From: the human T2T-CHM13v2.0 reference genome, Homo sapiens
Assembly (NCBI RefSeq): GCF_009914755.1
Contig: NC_060936.1
DNA length: 64,000 nucleotides
Strand: one strand, 5' to 3'
Part shown: piece by piece, positions 29,401 to 41,400 of the stretch
How the letters are laid out: each line of letters begins with the position of its first letter
How positions within the stretch are numbered: position 1 is the stretch's first letter
The notes under the pieces: model-generated
Seen by the model: the letters and a program-made list of their open reading frames with translations, nothing else
What the model was told of the DNA's origin: nothing
The model's database searches: none
Translations under genes and position numbers: made by a program

Positions 29401-32400
29401 GGAAATTTGGAACATATGGTGTAATTGGTTGGAAACGGATATCTTCACTTAAAACCTAGACTGAAGCATTCTCAGAAAGTTTTTTGTGATGTTTGCATTC
29501 AACTCATACAGTTGAACCTTTCTCTTGAAAGAACAGTTTTCAAACACTCCTTTTGTAGAATCTGCTTGTGGATATTTGGAGCTCTTTGAGGAATTCGTTG
29601 TAAATGGGATATCTTGACATAGAAAATAGTAGCATTCTCAGAAACTGCTTTGTGATGTGTTCATTCAACTCACAGAGTTGAACCTTATTTTTGAGAGAGC
29701 AGTTTTGAAACAGTCTTTTTGGAGTATCTGCACTTTGATATTTGGAGCGACTTGAGGCCTATGATGGAAAAGGAAATATCTTCATATGAAAAGTAGACAG
29801 AAGGATTCTCAGAAACTGCTTTGTGATGTGTGCATTCAACTCACTGAGTTGAACCCTTCCTTTGATAGAGCAGTTTAGAAAGAGTCTTCTTGTAGAATCT
29901 GCAAGTGTTCATTTGGAGCCCTTTGAAGCCTATGGTGGAAAAGGTATAATCTTCACATAAAAACTTGACAGAAGCGTTCTCAGAAACTTTTTTGTGATGA
30001 GTGTATTCAACTCACAGACTTGACCCTTTCTTTTGATAGAGAAGTTTTGAAAGACTCCTTTTGCAGAATATGCTTGTGGATATTTGGAGCTCTTTGAGGA
30101 ATTCGTTGCAAACGGGATATCTTCACATACAAAATGGGAAGCATTCTCAGAAACTGCTTTGTGATGTGTGCATTCAACTCACAGAGTTGAACCTTCCTTT
30201 TGAGAGAGCAGTTTTGAAACAGTCTTTTTGTGGTAGCTGCAAGTGGATATTTGGAGCGATTTGAGGTCTATGGTGGAAAAGGAAATATCTTCCATAAAAA
30301 ATAGACAGAAGCATTCTCAGCAACTGCTTTGTCATGTGTGGATTCAACTCACAGAATTGAACCCTTCCTTTGACAGAACAGTTTTGAAACAGTCTTTTTG
30401 TAGTATCTGCAAGTGGATATTTGGAGCGTTTTGAGGCCTATGATGGAAAAGGAAATATCTTCATATAAAAACTAGACAGAAGCAATCTCAGAAACTGCTT
30501 TGTGATATGTGCATTCACCTCACAGAGTGGAACTCTTCTTTTGACAGAGCAGTATTGGAGCAGTCTTTTCCTAGAATCCGCAAGTGTTTACTTGGAGCGC
30601 TTTGAAGCCTATGTTGGAAAAGGAAATATCTTAACGTACAAACTAGACCGAAGCATTCTCAGGAACTTCTGTGAGATGTGTGCATTCAACTCACGGAGTT
30701 GAACCTGTCTGTAGATAGAGTAGTGTTGAAAAACTTTTTTTGTAGAATCTGCTTGTGAATATTTGAACTCCTGGAGGATTTTGTTGGAAACGGGATATCT
30801 TCACATACAAACTATACAGAAGCTTTCTCAGAAACTGCTTTGTGATGTGTGCATTCAACTCACAGAGTTGAACTTTCGTTTTGGGAGAGCAGTTTTGAAA
30901 CAGTCTTTTTGTGGTACCTGCATGTGTATATTTGGAGCGATTTGAGGTTTATGGTGGAACAGGAAATGTCTTCACATAAAAACTAGACAGAAGCATTCTC
31001 AGAAACTGCTTTGTGATGTGTGCATTCAACTCACAGAGTGGAACCCTTGCTTTAATACAGCAGATTTGAAACAGTCTTTTTGTAGAATCTACAAGTGTTC
31101 ATTTGGAGCGCTTTGAAGCATATGGTGGAAAAGGAAATATCTTCACCTAAAAACTAGACAGAGGCATTCTCAGGAACAGCTTTGTGATGTATGCATTGAA
31201 TTAGCAAAGCTGAACCTTTCTTTTCATAGAGCAGTATAGAAAAACTCCTTTTGTAGGATCCGGTTTTGGATATTTGGAACTTATGGTGTAATTCTTTGGA
31301 AACGTGTATCTTCACATAAAACCTATACTGAAGCATTCTTAGAAAGTTTTTTGTGATGTGTGCATTTAACTCACAGAGTTGAACCTTTCTCTTGATAGAG
31401 CAGTTTTGAAACACACATTTTGTAGAATCTGCAAGTGTTCTTTTGAAGGGCTTTGAGGCCTATGGTGGAAAAGGAAATATCTTCACATAAAAACTAGACA
31501 GAAGCATTCTCTGAAACACCTTTGTGATGTGAGTGTTCAATTCACAGAGTTGAACCTTTCTATCGATAGAGTAGTTTTGAAACACTCCTTTTGTAGAATC
31601 TGCTAATGGATATATGTACCTCTTTGAGGAATTCGTTGGAAACGGTCTCTCTTCACAAAAATAGTAGACAGAAGTATTCTCAAAAAGTTCTTCGTGATGT
31701 GCGCATTCACCTCACAGAGTTGAACCTTTCTTTTGATAGAGCTGTTTTGAAACATTCTTTTTGTAGTACCTGCAAGTGGATATTTGGAGCGATTTGAGGC
31801 CAATGTTGGAAAAGGACATATCTTCCTATAAAAACTAGACAGAAGCATTCTCAGAAACTGATTTGTGGTGTGTGTGCATTCACCTCAGTGAGTGAAACCC
31901 TTCTTTTGATAGAGCAGTTTTGAAACAGTCTTTTTGTAGGATCTGCAAGCGTTCATTTGGAGTGCTTTGAAGCCTATGGTGGAAAAGAAAATATCTTCAC
32001 ATAAAAACTAGACAGAAGCATCTCAGGAACTTCTTTGAGATGTGTGCATTGAATTAACAGAGGTGAACCTGTCTTTTGATAGAGCAATATTGAAAAACTC
32101 CTTTTGTAGAGTCTGGTTTTGGATATTTGGAACTTACGGTGTAATTCGTTGGAAACGGGAATCTTCACATAAAACCTAGACTGAAGCATTCTCAGAAAGT
32201 TTTTTGTGATGTATGCATTCAACTCAGAGAGTTGAACCTTTCTTTTGATAGAGCAGTTTTGAAACACACTTTTTGTAGAATCTGCAAGTGTTCATTTGAA
32301 ACGCTTTGAGGACTACGGTGGAAAAGGAAATATCTTCACATAAAAACTAGACAGAAGCATTCTCTGAAACATCTTTGTGATGGGTGTGTTCAATTCACAG

Positions 32401-35400
32401 AGTTGAACCTTTCTTTTGATAGAGCTGTTTTGAAACACTCCTTTTGTAGAATCTGCTTGTGGATATATGAAACTGTTTGAGGGATTCGTTGGCAACGGGC
32501 TATCTTCACAAAAATGTAAGCAGAAGCATTCTCGAAAAGTTCTTTGTGATATGTGCATTCAACTAACGGAGTTGGCCCTTTCTTTTGATGGAGTAGATGT
32601 GGAACGTTCTTTCTCTAAAATCTGTAAGTGTTCATTTTGAGCACTTAGAGTCCTGTGGTGGAAAAGGAAATATCTTCACATAAAAACTAGACAGAAGGAT
32701 TCTCAGACACTGCTTTGTGATGTGTGCATTCAACTCACTGAGTTGAACCCTTCCTTTGATAGAGCAGTTTTGAAGGAGGCTTTTTGTAGTATCTGCAAGT
32801 GTTCATTTGGAGCACTTTGAAGCCTATGGTGGAAAAGGTATTATCTTCACATAAAAACTTGACAGAAGCATTCTCAGAAACTTTTTTTTGATGAGTGCAT
32901 TCAACTCAGAGAGTTGAACCTTTCTTTTGATAGAGCAGTATTGAAAGACTCCTTTTGCAGAATATGCTTGTGGATATTTGAAGCTCTTCGAGGAATTCGT
33001 TGCAAACAGGATATCTTCACATACAAAATGGGAAGCATTCTCAGAAACTGCTTTCTGATGTGTGCATTCAACTCACAGAGTTGAACCTTCCTTTTGACAG
33101 AGCAGTTTTGAAACAGTCTATTCGTAGTATCTGCAACTGGATATTTGGAGCAATTTGAGGCCTATGATGGAAAAGGAAATACCTTTATATAAAAACTAGA
33201 CAGATGCATTCTCAGAAACTCCTTTGTGATGTGTGTGTTCAATTCACAGAGTTGAACCTTTCTTTTGATAGAGCAGATTTGAAACACTCCTTTTGTAGAA
33301 TCTGCTTTTGGATATTTGGAACTCTTTGAGGAATTCGTTGGAAACGGTTGTCTTCACAAAAAAACTAGACAAAAGTATTCTCAGAAAGTTCTTTGTGATG
33401 TCTGCATTCATCTCACTGACTTGAACCTTTCTTTTGATAGAACAGATTTGAAACTTTCTTTCTGTATAATCTGCAAGTGTTTGTTTACTTTGAGAGCTTT
33501 GGGGCCTATGGTGGAAAAGGAAGTATCTTTACATGGAAACTAGACAGAAGCATTTCCAGAAACTTTTTTGTGATGTGTTCATTAAATTCACAGAGTTAAA
33601 CTTTTCTTTTGATAGAGCAGTTTTGAAAAACTGGTTTTGTGGAATATGCTTGTGGATATTTGGATCTCTTGAAGGAATTCTTTTAAACGGGATATCTTCA
33701 CATACAAACGAGACAGAAGCATTCTCAGAAACTGCTTTGTGATGTGGGCATTCAACTCACAGCGTTGAACCTTCCTTTTCAGAGAACATTTTTGAAACTG
33801 TCTTTTTGTAGTATCTGCAAGGGGATATTTGGAGTGATTTGAGACTTATGATGGAAAAGGAATAGCTTCACATAAAACTAGACAGAAGTATTCTCAGAAA
33901 CTGCTTGTGATGTGTGAATTCACCTCACAGATTTGAACCTTTCTCTTGATAGAGCAGTTTTGAAACACACATTTTGTAGAATCTGCAAGTGTTCATTTGA
34001 AGTGCTTTGAGGCCTATAGTGGAAAAGGAAATATCTTCATATAAAAACTAGATAGAAGCATTCTCTGAAACACCTTTGTGATGTGTGTGTTCAATTTAGA
34101 GTTGAACCTTTCTTTTGATAGAGCAGTTTTGAAACACTCCTTTTGTAGAATCTGCTTGTGGATATATGAAACTCTTTGAGGAGTTCGTTGGAAACGGGCT
34201 ATCTTCACAATAAAAGTAGACAGAAGTATTCTCAAAAAGTTCTTCCTGATGTGTGCATTCAGCTCACAGAGTTGAACCTTTCTTTTGATAGAGGCTTTGT
34301 GGAACATTCTTTCTGTATGATCTGCAAGTGTTCATTTTGAGCACTTAGAGTCTTATAGTGGAAAAGGAAATATCTTCACATAAAAACTAGACAGAAGCAT
34401 TCTCAGAAACATTTATGTGACGTGTGCATTCAACTGACAGAGTTGAACCTTTCTTTTGATAGTGCAGATTTCAAACACTCCTTTTGTAGAATCTGATTGT
34501 GCATATTTGGAACTCCTTGAGTAATTCATTGTAAACGGGATATCTTGACATAGAAAATAGCAGCATTCTCAGAAACTGCTCTGTGATGTGTGCATTCAAC
34601 TCAAAGAGTTGGACTTTCCTTTTGAGAGAGCAGTTTTGAAACAGTGTTTTCGTAGTATCTGCACGTTGATATTTGTAGCGATTTGAGGCCTATGATGGAA
34701 AAGGAAATATCTTCATATAAAAACTAGACAGAAGGATTATAAGAAACTGCTTTGTGATGTGTGCATTCAACTCACTGAGTTGCACCCTTCCTTTGACAGA
34801 GCAGTTTTGAAAGAGTCATTTTGTAGAATCTGCAAGTGTTCATTTGGAGCGCTTTGAAGCCTATGGTGGAAAAGGTATTATCTTCACATAAAAACTTGAC
34901 AGAAGCATTCTCAGAAACTTTTTTGTGATGACTGCATTCAACTCACAGAGTTGAACCTTTCTTTTGATAGAGCAGTTTTGAAAGGCTCCTTTTGCAGAAT
35001 ATGCTTGTGGATATTTGGAGCTCTTTGAGGAATTCGTTGCAAACGGGATATCTTCACATACAAAATGGGAAGCATTCTCAGAAACTGCTTTGTGATGTGT
35101 GCATTCAACTCACAGAGTGGAACCTTCCTTTTGAGAGAGCAGTTTTGAAACAGTCTTTTTGTGGTAGCTGCAAGTGGATATTTGGAGCGATTTGAGGGCC
35201 ATGTTGGAAAAGGAAATATCTTCATATAAAAAATAGACAGAAGCATTCTCAGAAACTGCTTTGTCATGTGTGGATTCAACTCACAGAATTGAACCCTTCC
35301 TTTGACAGAGCAGTTTTTAAACAGTCTTTTTGTAGAATCTGCAAGTGATCATTTGGACCGCTTAGATGCCTATGGTGGAAAAGGTAATATCTTCACATAA

Positions 35401-38400
35401 AAACAGGACAGAAGCATTCTCAGAAACTGCTTTGTGATGTGTGCATTGAACTCAATGAGTTGAACCTTCCTTTTGAGAGAGCAGTTTTGAAACAGTCTTT
35501 TTGTAGTACCTGCAAGTGGATATTTGGAGCGATTTGAGGCCAATGTTGGAAAAGGAAATATCTTCCTATAAAAACTAGACAGAAGCATTCTCAGAAACTG
35601 CTTTGCGTTGTGTGCATTCACCACACAGAGTGGAACCCTTCCTTTAATAGAGCAGTTTTGGAACAGTCTTTTTGTAGAATCTGGAAGTGTTTATTTGGAG
35701 TCCTTTGAAGCCTGTGGTGCAAAAGGAAATATCTTCACATAGAATCCAGACAGAAGCATTGTCAGAAACTCCTTTCTGATGTGTTTGTTCAATTCACAGA
35801 GTTGGACCTTTCTTTTGATAGAGCATTTCTGAAACAGTCGTTTTGTAGAATCTGCTTGCGGATATTTGGAACTCTTTGAGGAATTCTTTGGATATGGGCT
35901 ATCGTCACAAAAAAACTAGACAGATGTATTCTCAGGAAGTTCTTTGTGAAGTGTGCATTCATCTCACAGAGTTGAACCTTTCTTCTGATAGAGCAGATTT
36001 GAAACTCTCTTTCTGTATAATTTTCAAGTGTTCATTTTGTGTGCTTTGGGGCCTATGGTGGAAAAGGAAATATCCTCATATGAAAACTAGACAGAAGCAT
36101 TCCCAGAAACTTCTTTGTGATGTGTCCATTCAATTCTCAGAGTTGAACCTTTCTTTTGATAGAGCAGTTTTGAAACACTGCTTTTGTAGAATCTGCTTGT
36201 GGATATTTGGAGCTCTTGAAGGAATTCGTTGTTAACGGGATATCTTCACATACATACTAGACAGAAGTATTCTCAGAAACTGCTTTGTGATGTGTGCATT
36301 GACCACACAGAGGGAAAAACTTCTTTTGATAGAGCAGGTTTGAAGCAGTCTTTTTGTAGAATCCCCAAGTGTTCATTTGGAGCGCTTTGAAGCCTATGGT
36401 GGAAAAGGTATTACCTTCACAGGAAAACTAGACAGAAGCAATCTCAGAAACTTCTTTGTGATGTGTGCATTCAACTCACAGATTTGAACCTTTCTTTTGA
36501 TAGTGCAGTTTTGAAATACTCCTTTTGTAGAATCTGCTTCTGTATATTTGGAGCACTTTGAGGAATTCGCTGTAAAGGGGATATCTTCACATACAAAATG
36601 GAAGCATTCTCAGAAACTGCTTTGTGATGTGTGCATTCAACTCACAGAGTTGAACCTTATTTTTGAGAGAGCAGTTTTGAAACAGTCTTTTTGTGGTACT
36701 TGCAAATGCATATTTGGAGCGATTTGAGGCCTATGATGGAAAACGAATTATCTTCACATAAAAACTAGACAGAAGCATTCTCAGAAACTGCTTTGTGATG
36801 TGTGCATTCAACTCACAGAGTTGAACCTTGCTATTTGAGACAGCAGTTTTTAAACAGTGTTTTTGTAGTATCTACAAGTGGATATTTGGAGAGATTTGAG
36901 GCCTATGATGGAAAATGAACTATCTTCACTTAAAAACTAGACAGAAGCATTCTCAGAAACTGCTTTGTGATGTGTGCATTCAACTCACAGAGTTGAACCT
37001 TGCTATTTGAGACAGCAGTTTTTAAACAGTGTTTTTGTAGTATCTGCAAGTGGATATTTGGAGAGATTTGAGGCCTATGTTGGAAAAGGAAATATCTTCA
37101 TAAAAAAACTGGACATAAGCATTCTCAGAAACTCATTTGTGATGTGTGCATTCACCTCACAGAGTTGAACCTTTCTTTTGATAGACCAGTTTTGAAACAC
37201 ACTTTTTGTAGAATCTGCAAGTGTTCATTTGAAGCGCTTTGAGGACTACGGTGGAAAAGGAAATATCTTCACATAAAAACTAGACAGAAACATTCTCTGA
37301 AACATCTTTGTGATGGGTGTGTTCAATTCACAGAGTTGAACCTTTCTTTTGATAGAGCTGTTTTGAAACACTCCTTTTGTAGAATCTGCTTGTGGATATA
37401 TGAAACTGTTTGAGGAATTCATTGGCAACGGGCTGTCTTCACAAAAAAAGTAAGCAGAAGCATTCTCGAAAAGTTCTTTGTGATGTGTGCATTCAACTCA
37501 CAGAGTTGAGCCTTCCTTTTGAGAGAGCAGTTTTGAAACAGTGTTTTTGTAGTATCTGCATGTGGATATTTGGAGCTATTTGAGGCCTATGATGGAAAAG
37601 GAAATATCTACACATAAAAAGTAGACAGATGCCTTCTCAGAAACTGCTTTGTGATGTGTGCATTCAACTCACACAGTTTCACCCTTCCTTTGATAGAGCA
37701 GTTTTCAAACAGTCTTTTTGTAGAATCTGCAAGTGTTCATTTGGAGCTCTTTGAAGCCTATGGTAGTAAAGGTAATATCTTCACATAAAAACTAGACAGA
37801 AGTGTTCTCAGAAACTTTTTTGTGATGTGGGCATTCAATTCACAGAGTTGAACCTTTCTTTTCATGGAGCAGTTTTGAAACACTCCTTTGGTAGTATCTG
37901 CTTGTGGATATTTAGAGCTCTTCGAGGAATTCGTTATAAACGGGCTATCTTCACATACAAACTAGACAGAAGCACTCTTAGAAACTGCTTTGTGATGTGT
38001 GCATTCAACTCAAAGAGTTGATCCGTCCTTTTGAGAGAGAAGTTTTGAAACAGTCTTTTTGTGGTACCTGCAAGTGGATATTTGGAGCGATTTGAGGCCT
38101 ATGGTGGAAAACGAAATATCTTCACATAAAAACTGGAAAGAAGCATTCTCAGAAACTGGTTTGTGATGTGTGCATTCAACTCACAGAGTTGAGCCTTTCT
38201 TTTGATAGAGCAGTTTTGAAACAGTCTTTTTCTAGAATCTGCCGGTGGATATTTGGAGCGATTTGAGGGCTATGTTAAAAAAGGATGTATCTTCACATAA
38301 AAACTAGACAGGAGCATTCTCAGGAACTTCTTTGTGATGCGTGCATTCAGCTAACAGAGTTGAACCTTTCTTTTGACAGAGCAGTTTTGAAACACTCCTT

Positions 38401-41400
38401 TTGTAAATCTGCAAGTGTTCATTTGGAGAGATTTGAGGCCTATGGTGGAAAAGGAAATATCTTCACATAAAAACTTCACAGAAGCATTCTCACAAACTTT
38501 TTTGTGATGTGTGCATTCAATTCACAGAGTTGAACCTTTCTTTTGATAGAGCAGTTTTGAAACACTGCTTTTGTACAATCTGCTGGTGGATATTTGGAGC
38601 TCTTTGAGGAATTCGTTGTAAACGGGATATCTTCACAAACAAACTAGATAGAAGAATTCTCAAAAACTGCTTTATGATGTGTGCATAACACTCACAGAGT
38701 TGGACCTTCCTTTTGAGAGAGCAGTTTTGAAACTGTGTTTTTGTAGTATCTGCAAGTGTATATTTGGAGCGATTTGAGGACTATGATGGAAAAGGAAATA
38801 TCTTCACATAAAAACTACACAGAAGCATTCTCAGAAACTGCTATGTGATGTGCGCATTCACCTCACAGTGTGGAACCCTTCTTTTGATAGAGCAGTTTTG
38901 AAACAGTCTTTTTGTAGAATCTTCAAATGTTCATTTGGAGCGCTTTGAAGCCTAAGGTTGAAAAGGAAATATATTCACATAAAAACTTGACAGAGAAATT
39001 CTCAGGAATTTCTTTGAGACGTGTGCATTCAACTAACAGAGTTGAATCTGTCTTTTGATAGAGCAGTATTGAAACACTTCCTTTTGTGGAATCTGCCTGT
39101 GGCTATTTGGAACTCTTGGGAATTCGTTGGAAACGTGTATCTTCACATAAAACCTAGACAGAAGCATTCTCAGAAAGTTCTCTGTGATGTGTGTATTCAA
39201 CTCACAGAGTTAAACTTTTCCTTTTATAGAGAAGTTTTGAAACACAATTTTTGAAGAATCTGCTTGTGGATATTTGGAGCTCTTTGAGGAATTAGTTGTA
39301 AACTGGATATCTTCACATAGAAACCAGACAGAAGCCTTCTCAGAAACTGCTTTGTGATGTGTGCTTTGAACTTACAGAGTTGAACCTTCCTTTTAAGAGA
39401 GGAGTTTTGAAACAGTCTTTTTGTAGTATCTGCAAGTGGGTGTTTGGAGCGAGTTGAGGCCTCTGATGGAAAAGCAAATATCTTCACATAAAAACTGGAC
39501 AGAAGCATTCTCCGAAAGTAGTTTGTGATGTGTGCATTGAACTCACAGAGTTGAACCTTTCTTTTGATAGAGCAGTTTTGAAAGACACTTTTTGTAGACT
39601 CTGCAAGTTTTCATTTGGAGCGCTTTGAAGCCTATGGTAGAAAAGATAGTATCTTCACATAAAAACTGGACAGAAGAATTCCCAGAAACTTTTTTGGGAT
39701 ATGTGCATTGAACTCAAGAGCTGAACGTTTCTTTTGATAGAGCAGTTTAGAAACACACTTTTTGTAAAATCTGCAAGTGTTCATTTGGAGTGTTTTGAGG
39801 CCTATGGTGGAAAAGGAAATATCTTCACTTAAAAACTAGACAGAAGCATTCTCAGAACCTTTTTGTGGTGTGTGCATTCAATTCACAGAGTTCTACCTTT
39901 CTTATGATAGAGCAGTTCTGAAACACTCCTTTCGTAGAATCTGCTTGTGGATATTTAGAACTCCTTGAGGAATTCTTTGGAAACGGGCTGTCTTCACAGA
40001 AAAGCCACATGATGTGTGCATTCAACTCACAGAGTTGAACCTTTCTTTTGATAGAGCAGTTTTGAAACACACTTCTTGTAGTACCTGCTTGTGGATATGT
40101 GCAGGTCTTTGAGGAATTCGTTGTCAACGGGATATCTTCACATAAAAACTAGACAGAAGCATTCTCAGAAAGTTATCTGTGATGTGTGCATTGAACTCAC
40201 AGAGTTGAACCTTCCATCTGAGAGAGCAGTTTTGAAAAAACCTTTTTGTAGTATCTGCAAGTGGATGTTTGGAGCGATTTGAGGCCTATGATTGAAAAGG
40301 AAATATCTTCACATAAAAACTAGACATTAGAATTCTCAGAAACATTTTGTGATGTGTACGTACAACTCACGGAGTTGAACCTTTCTTTTGATAGAGCAGT
40401 TTTTAAATACACTTTTTGTAGAATCTACAAGTGTTCATTTGGAGTGCTTTGAAGCCTTTGGTGGAAAAGGAAATATCTTCACATAAAAACTAGACAGAAG
40501 CATTCTCAGGAACTTCTTTGAGATGTGTGCATTCAACTAACAGATTTTAATCTGTCTTTTGATAGAGCAGTATTGAAACACTCTTTTTGTAGTATCTGCT
40601 TGTGGATATTTGGAACTCTGGGAATTCGTTGGAAACGGGTATTTTCACATGAAAACTAGACAGAAGCATTCTCAGAAAGTTCTTTGTGATGTGTGCATTC
40701 AACTCACAGAGTTGAACCTTTCTTTTGATAGAGCAGTTTTGAAACACTGCTTTTGTAGAATCTGCTTGTTGATATTTGGAGCTATTTGAGGAATTTGTTG
40801 TAAACGGCATATCTTCACATACAAACTAGACAGAAGCATTCTCAGAAACTTCTTTGTGATGTGTGCATTCAACTCAGAGAGTTGAGCCTTTCTTTTGATA
40901 GAGCAGTTTTGAAACACTCTTTCCCTAAAATCTGCAAGTGTTCATTTGGAGAACTTTGAGGCCTATGGTAGAAAAGGAAATATCTTCACATAAAAACTAG
41001 ACAGAAGCATTCTCAGAAAGTTCTTTGTGATGTTTGCATTCAACTCACACAATTGAACCTTCCTTTTGTGTGGGCAGTTTTGAAACAGTCTTTTTGTAGA
41101 ATCTGCAAGTGGATATTTGGAGTGATTTGAGGACTATGGTGGAAAAGCAAATATCTTCACATAAAAACTAGACTGAAGCATTCTCAGGAACTTCTTTGTG
41201 ATGTGTGCATTCAACTCAGAGAGTTGAACCTTTGTTTTGATAGCACAGTTTTGAAACACACTTATTGTAGAATCTGCAAGTGTTTATTTGGAGCGCTTTG
41301 AGGCCTGTGGTGGAAAAGGAAATATCTTCACATATATACTAGACAGAAGCATTCTCAGAAATTTCTTTGTGATGTGTGCATTCAACTCACAGAATTGAAC

